Assembly: GCA_963675755.2 (NCBI GenBank)
Contig: CAXXMD010000003.1
Coordinates: 1,376,001-1,440,000, forward strand
Reading direction: 5' to 3'
DNA length: 64,000 nucleotides
Origin: a bacterium
GTDB lineage: Bacteria; Zhuqueibacterota; Zhuqueibacteria; Residuimicrobiales; Krinioviventaceae
In this document: positions 20,001 through 29,073 of the stretch, one piece after another
Layout of the letters: every line of letters begins with the position of its first letter
Numbering within the stretch: the stretch's first letter is position 1
The notes under the pieces: generated by a model
What the model was told of the DNA's origin: nothing
What the model saw: the letters and a program-made list of their open reading frames with translations, nothing else
The model's database searches: none
Made by a program: the position numbers and the translations under genes

Positions 20001-20537
20001 TTCTCTGTCCGAACTGAATCGTTGCGCGTAAACATCAAAATTTTCTCCGTTTCGGGCATCAGACCATGATATTACAAAACTCCCATCCTTTGCAAAATCC
20101 ACAACCGGAAACATTTGTGTATATTCTGTGTCGTCATCATTGATTCGTATGTTTTCCCCTACCGGCGTTCCATTTGCAGTATAATATTGGTAATAAACAT
20201 CTACATTTCCACTGCGTTTATCATTCCAGGTAATCACAAAATGGCCCTGATTACTCATTTCAACAAAGGAATACATTGCGCTGGAATCTGAAACATCGTT
20301 CACCATTCGGTTCACACCATTCATTGCCCCTTTGCGGCCAAACAATTGAAAATAGATATCCAATCCCTCATTCCGTCCATCTTGCCAGCAAATGACCGTA
20401 GGTCCATTGGGATGCATTGCAATAGCAGGCAGCTCTTGATTGCTGGTTCCAAAATTATCATTGATTTTGATTGCATCAGATTGTACCAAACTGATCAGGG
20501 TTGTTAATATTAACAAAACAATAATACGGCATTTCAT
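17079..20537 (-). CDS. Large secreted multidomain protein (repeat propeller, FN3-like, DOMON/CBM9-like, PQQ-type propeller, sorting domain)
   Basis: About 52-aa repeats (G.FVI.W.D.R.G..DVY.Q.F...G...G.N..VN), PQQ/BamB-type LD..TGE.LW repeats and a C-terminal YPNPFNP domain. GGAGGG precedes the ATG at 20537. Confidence 0.85.
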   Translation of the reverse strand: MKCRIIVLLILTTLISLVQSDAIKINDNFGTSNQELPAIAMHPNGPTVICWQDGRNEGLDIYFQLFGRKGAMNGVNRMVNDVSDSSAMYSFVEMSNQGHFVITWNDKRSGNVDVYYQYYTANGTPVGENIRINDDDTEYTQMFPVVDFAKDGSFVISWSDARNGENFDVYAQRFSSDREPIGENFLVNQSTQYLQIQSRIAISDSGNFCIVWQHSAEGSGEIYARIFDKEGTPVSSEFVVSTHLDSSLDCWSPDVAVLADGRFGITWTSGSEDPGREAYISVYDANANRLIGPERISTLDEYNFVSLSRIAAHPEWNVFELLWLGFKDGEWGLYSDNYAPDMAFSPNPYHVCDFDGGYFYFDLALSHLKNSLYVWQDGTVDELDVFADWNGEKIPMRMTFGSGFDSMVPISWEPPYGYQDVEKYNIYRMLPGISGPEMIATVDPSTRILPNMMLDYIDTTAENGQEYLYSIEMDGSGAPAIILPDTVKPQAGGHKIRSQWASTVPNINGIPDYDLEEWKGAIPMNIKNPDAQDMVVLIVMNDDDNLYLAAYDANDFMLDPGNALGLLFDENGDGRWESSLSLEEGMIRLTNASTQFTPFLGEYPDGMHFGVPKIDDNIEFAVEDNDGHIWYEARISLKSSALKASAGDDIKAAIWIEDPGTFYGNGYGNSGEWPMNCLWDSALPLGTITLATHKDTIKQYDWPMVHGNPLGNNWLKDEDVLYPPLNAVEYFADAEYGVEVLKTFGDYLIVGYSNDPVKFTIFDINTREILWSFEPPGSTSALDCIPATDGNIVVFGAQHAQGLYGLDLHTGEELWLKPLGPLHLQNPVIDDGRVFICSDSLYCLDLENGETLWSHDNEYITRQMTPVVDDDFVYYNTGRKILCFDKVNGTLKWELTNLHYNGPLVLDDYFMYTFHNDSLISRNKSDGSIIWSTFIDDMDMVSGYTNHIAVDNSHICLAIGGNSDTVAELRTFDKTDGSLLWHYDFPDWRLTEPLIANDVVYVINDELWAFDVNTGDSLFCSQEGGMMRFTQPALADHRLFVATYDIILAMDHRDVNAISENEPVTMDYRLFPNYPNPFNPETMLSFQIPQKGHVELKVYDVTGRLVRTLIDGQVQAGVHQVRFNGEGLASGIYFYRLTANDYKEFGKMLFVK

Positions 20538-20737
20538 CTTGCCCTCCAAAAAAAGATGATCTTGCAACAAACCAGAACAATACCGAAATCCCGAACTGAA
20601 TGGCCCCTGTAGAAATTCATCACTGGTATATCTGTATTATACATGCAATACCATTAAAACGCAAGTATGAAATACATTACCCATATTAAAAAATCATTAA
20701 CCTATCCCCAATTTACTCATCTTACAGAACAATCATG

Positions 20738-20833
20738 GGTTCCAGGCAGAGCCTGGAACCAAGTTGCAGAGCATTATTTGATTTTGCTTGCAATAATATT
20801 TATTACTCGTACCATGGCTCTGCCTTGGGACAA
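20738..20833. repeat. Inverted pair of REP-like hairpins
   Basis: GGTTCCAGGC-AGA-GCCTGGAACC (20738-20760) and a degenerate inverted copy CTCGTACCATGGC-TCT-GCCTTGGGAC (20806-20831). Confidence 0.7.
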
Positions 20834-20923
20834 TAGATTTTACAAAAATAAATGTGTTTGATCTGTAATTTTCGATACAAGGTTGGCATTTATACGGTAA
20901 AGCAGCCTGAAGCATCAACAGGA

Positions 20924-22681
20924 TTAAAACTCGTTCACGATTCCCACGTGCAGCATACCGCTGAACAATCCATCGGTTTCACCTCTGCCCAGACCATAAT
21001 CAATCCCCATGATTCCCAAACCCGTCTCAAGCCTGAACCCAAACCCGTAACCGATTTTATAATCCTCATTCACGCCGGACTGGGTCTCGCTGTAGTAATA
21101 ACCGGTATCCAGAAACAAAAACGCCCAAGAACGTCGCCCCATAATATAACGATATTCCAGATTACTCCAGGCAATCCCAGACCCCCTGAACTGGTCTTCC
21201 CGAAAACCACGCAACGAACGTGTGCCACCCAGTCGGTACTGATCAGATACCGGAATGTATTTTTCATTGCTGCGAACCTGACGTCCATGCAGAGTGACCG
21301 CCAGCACCTGACGCTTGAACAAAAGCTGATAATATTCAACATCCAGAGAAAGTCGCTTGTTGTTCACATCCTCACGCAGCTCGAGACTTTCCATCAAATC
21401 CTGCGGACCCAGGTTGGTCTTGACACCGGACTCTATTTCGGTTTCATAATACACCCCATTTTGCGGATTAATGCGATCATCACGGGTATCGTATGTCAAA
21501 CCTATAGCGGCATTAAGAGTACGGCTTTTGGGAATGCCCAGTAAATAACTACCCAGCGAATCGGGACTAATCTCGTTGCGCGACACGGAACCAATAGCGG
21601 TAAAATTATCATAAATGGGAAAAGAAAAGTCAACAGACAGGTCCCGCTGAATGTAGGTGCTGTCTTGAATCAACTGTTCAAATCCAAATCCTATGGCCAA
21701 TGGCCAGCCCGCCACCCAGGGCTCACGGTAATGCAAGCTCAAGTCCTGAGATTCACGGTCCCGCTTTTGCCAGTGAATAGACAATGCGCGACCAGTGCCA
21801 AACAGGTTACCCAGTGCAATATCCACCAGGCCGGTCAAATAGCCGCCTTCTTCATCGGTACCGGGATTGTATCCCAGCACACCATCAAACTTGCTTGCAT
21901 TCCCCTCTTTTACCTCGATCAACAGTCCGCCTTCATTCCCGGAAGTCCAGAACACCTGCGGTTCTTCAACCTGTTCAAAAAACCCGGATTTCATTAAACG
22001 CTGTTTGATCTGAGAAACCTTGTTATAATCATACAACTGGTCGGGTTTGATTTTAATAGTACGCAAGATGACATAATCTTTGGTTAAATCATTACCCAGA
22101 ATGGTGATCTCTTTGACAATCAACTGTGGCCCCAAACTGGTTTTCCATGTCAGACCGATTGAGGATTGGGACGAATCCAGTTCCATTGCATAGAGATCAA
22201 AGCGGCTAAAGGGGTGGCCTTGTTTTTCCAGGCGAGTAAGGGCGTCATCCAGATCCCGTTCAATAAGGCCCGTATCTAATATTCTACCGGTACGATAATC
22301 AAAACGCTGCTTGATCTGAGCGGCTCTCAGGCTGTCTACACCCACAAGATTGATTTCTCCGCCATGAACCATCTCGCCTTCGGTAATATAAATATCTACC
22401 TGTGCGGAAGAACTGTCCTCTGAAATGATGTACAATAGCGAATCCATGCGTGTAAACGGCATACCCGCGTCACTATACCCCTGCAGCAGCTTGGTGATGT
22501 TTGAGCGGATAGCGGTTATATCAAATACTGAATTGTCCTTCATGTCGAGCCATTCCCGCGCCTGTTTTTCCGATACCTGTTCAACACCATGAAAATTAAT
22601 TTCACTTATAACTGGTTTGGCATCCAGTCCGCAAAAGACCATCAATTGAATCAAAAATATATGTACCAGAATCTTTTTCAT
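20924..22681 (-). CDS. Omp85 (BamA/TamA family) outer-membrane protein with about 3 POTRA domains
   Basis: POTRA signatures (ISEINFHG; ITILGN..TKD.VILR; L..SGFF..V), NLFGTG, YDTRD...P..G, LGG..SLRGF lid motif and a terminal F. The start is either 22681 (ATG) or 22705 (TTG). Confidence 0.9.
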   Translation of the reverse strand: MKKILVHIFLIQLMVFCGLDAKPVISEINFHGVEQVSEKQAREWLDMKDNSVFDITAIRSNITKLLQGYSDAGMPFTRMDSLLYIISEDSSSAQVDIYITEGEMVHGGEINLVGVDSLRAAQIKQRFDYRTGRILDTGLIERDLDDALTRLEKQGHPFSRFDLYAMELDSSQSSIGLTWKTSLGPQLIVKEITILGNDLTKDYVILRTIKIKPDQLYDYNKVSQIKQRLMKSGFFEQVEEPQVFWTSGNEGGLLIEVKEGNASKFDGVLGYNPGTDEEGGYLTGLVDIALGNLFGTGRALSIHWQKRDRESQDLSLHYREPWVAGWPLAIGFGFEQLIQDSTYIQRDLSVDFSFPIYDNFTAIGSVSRNEISPDSLGSYLLGIPKSRTLNAAIGLTYDTRDDRINPQNGVYYETEIESGVKTNLGPQDLMESLELREDVNNKRLSLDVEYYQLLFKRQVLAVTLHGRQVRSNEKYIPVSDQYRLGGTRSLRGFREDQFRGSGIAWSNLEYRYIMGRRSWAFLFLDTGYYYSETQSGVNEDYKIGYGFGFRLETGLGIMGIDYGLGRGETDGLFSGMLHVGIVNEF

Positions 22682-22725
22682 TTTCTTTTGAATTATATTT
22701 CTCAATTTTATTATTTCATTTTAAC

Positions 22726-22783
22726 CTCCGTGTTCTCTATATCTCTGTGGTGAAATAAAACCAGAGGTACAAAGGACACAGAG
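22726..22783. repeat. Imperfect inverted repeat made of CTCYGTG-type units
   Basis: CTCCGTGTTCTCTATATCTCTGTGGT ... ACCAGAGGTACAAAGGACACAGAG in the intergenic gap. Confidence 0.6.
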
Positions 22784-22860
22784 AAAATCAATTTGAATAA
22801 ACTATATTAAAATCCAATTTTTACAATTCTTAAACATCTCTAATCTTTATTCCAAACTAA

Positions 22861-25800
22861 CTATTTGAACGCTGCTGTGACCTGTGCCCGTCCGGTATGG
22901 ATGGTACGGTCACGTTCCGGTTCGTTTCGTCCGCTATATGAAAACGTTGCGCGGATGGTATCTGAAATACGATAATCAAAACGCATATCCCAGCGTAAAG
23001 ACTGGCCCAAACTGCGACCGCTTGCCATTTCATAGGGAATCACCCGGTCTTCAGGCTCGGCTTTAACATTGCTCCACTCCAGCTCAGCAGTCAATCGCCC
23101 CTTTTGACGTAATGAGTAATTCACCCGCGGAACCAGTGCAATTGCCTGCAGTTGGGTTGGCTCGTCATAATAGCGGTCCTCTTCCAAAGAAAATCGTGCT
23201 TCCAACGCCAGTTCAAGCGGGGATGTGGGCCGGTATGACACATCCGTTTTAATGGATTTGGCATAAATATCCCGGTCCTGCCTGCCGCTAAAATTGAAAA
23301 TACGCGCGGTCTGCCCACTGGACAATTCAGATTGCGAACTCCACTTGTCCGCCAGTCGAGCTGTAATTCGAAGAATGCGCTCCTGCTCTATACGGTCCTG
23401 GCCGCCTTCCAAATACTGGTTATTTTTTTCATCACGGGACCGGTATCTGAACCGCAATGAAAAATCACGATCATTTTCAAACAAGTACAAATCCTGTCTG
23501 AATTGCAAATTTCCGAATATCGTAGTGGCTTCCTGACGATATTTTGAAAAATCCATTAAATAGATTCCCCAAACATCCTCTTCCTGAGATTTTTCATCAA
23601 TAACCACATACGATTCTGAGGAAAGCGCAGATACCGCCCGTTTCCAGAACGGTTGTTTTTTTGAAGACGCTGGCTTAAACACTCTACGCGGTTCAAATCG
23701 TAACCGTGAACTGGATTTCAATTCAACCACCGGCAAAAAATCATCGGTTGTAAGAATTCGTAAAATATGATCTCCCAGGGGATCGCTGACATATTCATTC
23801 AAATCTTCATCAAAGCGATAATTACCATCTCCCTCGGTAACCTCAATATAGACACGTTCTTTTTTGGCTGTAGCCGTGTTGGAGATCTGGTAATTCATGT
23901 CTGCGCTAATGGCCCGCTTCCAGGGATGGAACCCCATACGCAGTTCGGCCAGGTCTGTATTTACATTGCTCACTTGCGGATCGGCATATATACGCTCACG
24001 GTGGGTAAAGTCAAGACTGGCATTAAATGACTTTATGTTCTGTAACCGCATCTGGTAATTCTGGGTATTTGCTTCTGATTTTTTTTCAAAATTCCCGGGA
24101 CCGTCATAATCGCTGTCCTGCCGATTCGACATCTGGGCCATTACGGATAGTTTCTGAAAAGGATTAAACTCGACACCACCGGTAACGTCGTCAAACTTGA
24201 ATCCGGTATATAAAGAATCAGACCAGTTTTCCCGCTTTTCTTCACCCTCATATTTTGAAAAAGGCCGAATAGACCACAAAGACCATGACACATTGCCCTT
24301 GCTACGCCACCAGTCTCCTGATTGACGGGTGTTGTCGTTCTCGGTATTAATCTGTTCTATTTTGACAGAGTATTCCGGCAGGGCTTTTCGCTTTAAACTG
24401 CTTTCCGCCTGCCAGCGTTCTGACCTGAATAGCTCTTTACGCGTACTGCCATAAGATCCACCCACCGCAAGACCGGTCACAGGTATATATTGGCCGGTGA
24501 GTTCACGAGTATCCTCTCCACGCTGCGCATCATCGGGCAGGTCCCACTTGCGGTTATATTCAATCTCGGTCGTTCTGTCAATATCGCTGAATCCATTATT
24601 AATCTTTCGCCATGAACCGGTCAGCTCCATTTTGCCCAGATTCTTGCCAAACATTCGCATCTTTTCCGGCACCAATCCAATCGACCAGTTCTGGGCCAAA
24701 CCATCATTATCATCATCATCAATATCCGAATAGGTATTTTCATCCCGCCCACTCATGGCAATTTCACCACGCAGTTTCAGGAACGAAACCGGCTGCATCA
24801 GCAGATCAAAGTCGAGCAGATTGTGGCTCTGGGCCTGCGGAAGTACCACAACAGGATCGTAACGCGCTTCATTTTCACCCACATACTCAAATATACCAGA
24901 CCCTTTATATTGATACGCGCCATTGCCACTGCCTACATCGGAAAAAGATACCTGGTAATCTCCCGAATCTGCACCCACATAAACAAAAATACCCTGATCG
25001 TCTTTAATATAGCGCCCTTCTCCCGGACCGATATACGATGCCCCGTCAATAGCCGCAAGTTCAGATTCGTCTCCCGATGCCTGAAGCACAGACAGCTTGT
25101 CATCCGTAAGTGTAAAATCAAGGGGATTGTTCTTGTCGTCTGCTTCACGCAAAAACGTGGTTGTTAAAGAAATGCGCCCATCCAGAAATTGGGCCTTGCC
25201 TTCTGCGGAATAAAGATTGCGTCTGAATTTTTCATCAGAATATTGAAAATCTATGGTTACACGAGAATCAGATGTGATAAGACGTTTTCGGGTAAACGTA
25301 ATCTGTGCGGCAGCATAATCAATGATATAATCGTTGGTCTCTCCGCGTACCATCTGTTCACCATCAATATAAACCCGTTCCGTTCCCGCCAGAATGATAA
25401 TATCAATCTGTCCCAGATCTCCCTTTAGCTGATAGGGACCCTGGTAGCTTTCCTGACCATTGAACTGCATGGTTGTATAAGTACCTCGCGAAACCGCACC
25501 TGAAACAGATATTTGAAAATCCTCGCTTTCGGCTTTACCCATTGCACCCTGAAGTTTTCGGCTATACCCCGCAAACTGGGTTCCGGAATAATTGAGCTGA
25601 AAATCACCCATGGTTGCGGATAGATGCGGTGCCTTGATCTGTACAAAAACTTTATCAATTTCCTGTAAATTCTGAGTAGTTCCCTCCGGTTGAATGGGGG
25701 TGGTCTGATCCGTAAGTGACGCCACCACTTCTACATTGTCCGCGACTTTGCCATTCACATTTATGTTCAAACTGGAATTGACTTTTAATCCGCGGTTGTT

Positions 25801-26289
25801 GCCCATGGTCACGCCACGGGTTATACTTCCGCTCTTGGTGAGATTGGCAGCATATTCTTCTTCTTCCTCCTGCTCAAGCGATACCTTGTGCCGGTCTGAC
25901 GGTCCTGTGGGCGCGTTAAAAACACGCTGCTTGATTTGACGATGATAATAACTTTTCAACAAAGGTACATACAGCACCTTGTATTTCAAACGAATTGCAA
26001 AAGATTTGCTTATGGAATTCTTGAAACGGACTTCTCCATCGATATAATCCATTTCATAGGCAATGGGCGGTAACAGCTCACCGTTTATGTATATAGACTC
26101 TGAATTGGCAAGAATAAGGCTGTCCGGCAAAAAATAGGGGCCTTTGCGGTCTTCACCCATCAGGGTAATGTCTTTTTCATACAGACTTGTCTGACCCAGT
26201 TTACCGGTGGTTTGTGCAAAAACGGGCAAAGAGAACAAAACCATCAAGAGGCAAAAACGGATCCGTTGGGGGCTGATGAATTCGGACAT
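22861..26289 (-). CDS. Very large predicted outer-membrane beta-barrel protein with SprA-like motifs
   Basis: Signal peptide, many amphipathic strands and a C-terminal GRAQVTAAFK. Two copies of E.(V/I)YI(N/D)G...Y..DY...(V/I).F. Confidence 0.75.
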   Translation of the reverse strand: MSEFISPQRIRFCLLMVLFSLPVFAQTTGKLGQTSLYEKDITLMGEDRKGPYFLPDSLILANSESIYINGELLPPIAYEMDYIDGEVRFKNSISKSFAIRLKYKVLYVPLLKSYYHRQIKQRVFNAPTGPSDRHKVSLEQEEEEEYAANLTKSGSITRGVTMGNNRGLKVNSSLNINVNGKVADNVEVVASLTDQTTPIQPEGTTQNLQEIDKVFVQIKAPHLSATMGDFQLNYSGTQFAGYSRKLQGAMGKAESEDFQISVSGAVSRGTYTTMQFNGQESYQGPYQLKGDLGQIDIIILAGTERVYIDGEQMVRGETNDYIIDYAAAQITFTRKRLITSDSRVTIDFQYSDEKFRRNLYSAEGKAQFLDGRISLTTTFLREADDKNNPLDFTLTDDKLSVLQASGDESELAAIDGASYIGPGEGRYIKDDQGIFVYVGADSGDYQVSFSDVGSGNGAYQYKGSGIFEYVGENEARYDPVVVLPQAQSHNLLDFDLLMQPVSFLKLRGEIAMSGRDENTYSDIDDDDNDGLAQNWSIGLVPEKMRMFGKNLGKMELTGSWRKINNGFSDIDRTTEIEYNRKWDLPDDAQRGEDTRELTGQYIPVTGLAVGGSYGSTRKELFRSERWQAESSLKRKALPEYSVKIEQINTENDNTRQSGDWWRSKGNVSWSLWSIRPFSKYEGEEKRENWSDSLYTGFKFDDVTGGVEFNPFQKLSVMAQMSNRQDSDYDGPGNFEKKSEANTQNYQMRLQNIKSFNASLDFTHRERIYADPQVSNVNTDLAELRMGFHPWKRAISADMNYQISNTATAKKERVYIEVTEGDGNYRFDEDLNEYVSDPLGDHILRILTTDDFLPVVELKSSSRLRFEPRRVFKPASSKKQPFWKRAVSALSSESYVVIDEKSQEEDVWGIYLMDFSKYRQEATTIFGNLQFRQDLYLFENDRDFSLRFRYRSRDEKNNQYLEGGQDRIEQERILRITARLADKWSSQSELSSGQTARIFNFSGRQDRDIYAKSIKTDVSYRPTSPLELALEARFSLEEDRYYDEPTQLQAIALVPRVNYSLRQKGRLTAELEWSNVKAEPEDRVIPYEMASGRSLGQSLRWDMRFDYRISDTIRATFSYSGRNEPERDRTIHTGRAQVTAAFK

Positions 26290-26296
26290 GTTTACC

Positions 26297-27229
26297 TTAA
26301 TTGGACGACAGAAAAGTTAATTTGAACAATTGAATACGGTGATTGCCGGTATCGGCAACATAGAGGTAATCACGAAAAAAGCTTACATCACCTGGCTTGT
26401 TGAATGCACCAAAAGCATCTCCACTCGCTCCAAATTTGTATACCATACGGCCCTGGGCATCAAAAAAGAAAAGCTGGTCCTGCTCACTGTCTGCAACAAT
26501 GAGCAAATCCCTGGGGCCGGTGCAGAGCCCTGCAGGAGAAGACAACTGTTCATTACCCATATCATACAGATAATTTCCGTAATCATCATATACTTTAACA
26601 CAGCCGGCTTTCTGGTCAGAAATATAAACTTTATCATTTTGCGAAACATGAATATGGACCGGTGTTTTCAACGCGCCTTCACCCCAGTCAAAATCTCCAA
26701 ACCGGATGATGGGCTCAAACTGGGAATTAAATTTTAACGCGCGCTTATAGTCCCGGTCAATGATAAACAGTTCACCATGCATGTTCATACTTAGAGATAC
26801 GGGAAAAGCAAATCTCAGATTTTCTTCAAGAGCATCATCAGAATAAAGTGAGGAAATCCAGTTTAGATCTTTATCATAGCGTTCAATACGGTTATTTTCC
26901 TGATCTGCAACATAAAGGTCAAGAGCGTTGCCGCTGTCAATATCCATTGGCTGCTGAAACTGCCCGCTCTCCCAGCCGAATCCACCAATATGAGAAACCA
27001 GTTTGCCCATTTCATCAAACTGTTGAATGCGATTATTGCCGGTATCTACCACATACAACCTGCCCATAGGTGAAACATCCAGGCTGGCAGGAGATTCAAA
27101 CTGTCCCGGTGCATCACCCCGTTCTCCAATTGTACGCACAAACTTTAACTGCAATTGGATCTCATTCCCGGGGGCCTGCGCAATCAACAGGGATGAAAAG
27201 AGTAACATATATAAAACAAAATATCTCAT
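26297..27229 (-). CDS. Exported NHL-repeat (6-bladed propeller) protein
   Basis: Repeated G...GQF..P......G.LYVVDTGNNRIQ.F units and a signal peptide. Confidence 0.92.
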   Translation of the reverse strand: MRYFVLYMLLFSSLLIAQAPGNEIQLQLKFVRTIGERGDAPGQFESPASLDVSPMGRLYVVDTGNNRIQQFDEMGKLVSHIGGFGWESGQFQQPMDIDSGNALDLYVADQENNRIERYDKDLNWISSLYSDDALEENLRFAFPVSLSMNMHGELFIIDRDYKRALKFNSQFEPIIRFGDFDWGEGALKTPVHIHVSQNDKVYISDQKAGCVKVYDDYGNYLYDMGNEQLSSPAGLCTGPRDLLIVADSEQDQLFFFDAQGRMVYKFGASGDAFGAFNKPGDVSFFRDYLYVADTGNHRIQLFKLTFLSSN

Positions 27230-28539
27230 AATTCCTCAGAAGGATAAACAAGTTTTTTCAATAAATGAAACTTGGGGGTATTTTTCAGCTTTTCCAGCGC
27301 ATTACGTCTCAATTTAATATCCAATTTGCTTTGCAGTACAATATCTTCAAGCACTTTGGGGCTGATCACTTTGGCAAGGGCCTGTTCCTGCAACGTTTCA
27401 CTTTTATGATTAAAAATCACATTGGCCAGCCACTCCTGATCGTTCAACTTTTCCAGGGCATAGGACCTCACCGGGAATAATTTAGCGGTCATGATTATAT
27501 CGTAAAGTAAATTCGCCCGCGTTACCCGGTCCACTGCATGAAAACAGACAATCTCGTCAGGATCCGTACATGCAATATCTTTGATAATTGACTGCTCCCG
27601 TATTTTATTTAATGCCGCAACACGGATATGGTTCAACTTATCAAATGTTGCAATGTCTGCCAGTATGTTCTGATCGGTTATCTGCTCTATTGCATTCAGT
27701 CTAACCTGTAAATCCGGTGAACTTTTTGCGAGCTTGGCGCGCAATGCCGGATCTGTAATTGCTTTTGCGGCATGAATACGAATGGTTTCACTTTCATCTC
27801 GAACGGCTGCCTGATACAGTCCATTCTGGTCTTTGAGTCGTTTAATGATTTCAATTTTCACGGGTTCTTCTAACGGACTGAATAAAAACATGGCCAGAAT
27901 GTCCTGAGAAGTAATATTCCGGACGGCGGCAATTTGTACGGTTATACTTTTATCTTTACTTAATATTTGCTGCAACAGTTTTTGCTGGGTAATTCTGGAA
28001 ACGGCTAATGCCCTTACATCCGTATCCGGATCTTCAAAAGCCACTTTGGTTATTAAATTATCATCAAATACTTTTTCAAGCGCAGCCAGTCGAACTACCG
28101 GACTCTTGTCAGAAAGGATCACCCGTCTCAACATGGAAGAATCTGTCAATCGTATTACAGCAGCTTTACGCACAATAAGCGATGGATCATTTTTGCAACG
28201 GTCCTGTACCAATCGCGGATCTTTGCTCTTGTCCAACGCCAATCGCCTTACACTGTCATTGGGATCATGTCTGGCAATGGTGGTAAGTACCGATTCATTA
28301 TCCAGCATCTGCGTTGCCAACAGACGAACATATACTGTTTTATGCCGGCGTGCAATAGCCGCAATACCATTGGGTGTTAACGGTAAAGACAGTGCCGCCT
28401 GGCACACCTGAGGATCGTTTTCCATCAGTATAATTGCAGATCGTCGTTTAGGATTTTTGATCTCTGCCAGCTTGCGGATCTTTTTTTCCCGGCTGAGCAT
28501 CATCCAGTTTATTTTGAAAAAAATTGAAAGTTTAACCAT
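27226..28539 (-). CDS. HEAT/LRV-like helical tandem-repeat protein
   Basis: About 24-aa repeats DP...VR..A(V/L)..(I/L)TD...L..IA. The stop overlaps the NHL start (ATGA). The start may be 28503. Confidence 0.85.
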   Translation of the reverse strand: MVKLSIFFKINWMMLSREKKIRKLAEIKNPKRRSAIILMENDPQVCQAALSLPLTPNGIAAIARRHKTVYVRLLATQMLDNESVLTTIARHDPNDSVRRLALDKSKDPRLVQDRCKNDPSLIVRKAAVIRLTDSSMLRRVILSDKSPVVRLAALEKVFDDNLITKVAFEDPDTDVRALAVSRITQQKLLQQILSKDKSITVQIAAVRNITSQDILAMFLFSPLEEPVKIEIIKRLKDQNGLYQAAVRDESETIRIHAAKAITDPALRAKLAKSSPDLQVRLNAIEQITDQNILADIATFDKLNHIRVAALNKIREQSIIKDIACTDPDEIVCFHAVDRVTRANLLYDIIMTAKLFPVRSYALEKLNDQEWLANVIFNHKSETLQEQALAKVISPKVLEDIVLQSKLDIKLRRNALEKLKNTPKFHLLKKLVYPSEEL

Positions 28540-28561
28540 GTATGGTTTTTACCCAATAAGA

Positions 28562-28957
28562 CTATTTTTTATACAGATGTCTTTCATCCGGATAAATTGT
28601 GTGATGATTGGAACGCATCATCTCTCTGCACTTTCTCCAACGCAGATATGCCTGTTCCAGTTCCACATCACCATTGGTCATTTTGGCAAGCGTTTTTGTA
28701 CTCAAGCGTAAACCACCGTCTTTTTTTTCTTGAAGCAGTAAACGATCAAGCGTGCTCAACTGTTTTTTGGACAAGTTTGCCTTGATATATGCATCATTTT
28801 CAGCTTGAGTATCATAAATATTTGATTGTTTTGTTCCTATAGTCTGTAAAGGTATACCGTATTTTTGGTATCCCAAATAACCCAGCACAAGTACCAGAAA
28901 AAACAATACGATACGAAACTCTACACCTTTTGAGCCTTTAGCCATATAATTTCCCAT
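28562..28957 (-). CDS. Hypothetical single-TM protein
   Basis: One hydrophobic helix (IVLFFLVLVLGYLGY), co-oriented just upstream of the repeat protein. Confidence 0.6.
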   Translation of the reverse strand: MGNYMAKGSKGVEFRIVLFFLVLVLGYLGYQKYGIPLQTIGTKQSNIYDTQAENDAYIKANLSKKQLSTLDRLLLQEKKDGGLRLSTKTLAKMTNGDVELEQAYLRWRKCREMMRSNHHTIYPDERHLYKK

Positions 28958-29073
28958 TTTTTCTATAAATTATAAGAATATATGATGATATTCAAGTTAA
29001 AATTTATTTTGCATATTTTCCTTGAATGTTTTCTATAAAACTATTAATTTCAATACAGTAAAGGAATTTTTGT

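Noticed and set aside
20924-22681. Calling the Omp85 gene bamA or tamA
   Set aside because: It is too short for a 5-POTRA BamA, lacks the usual skp/lpx context and has no tamB neighbour, so it is left as an Omp85 paralogue.
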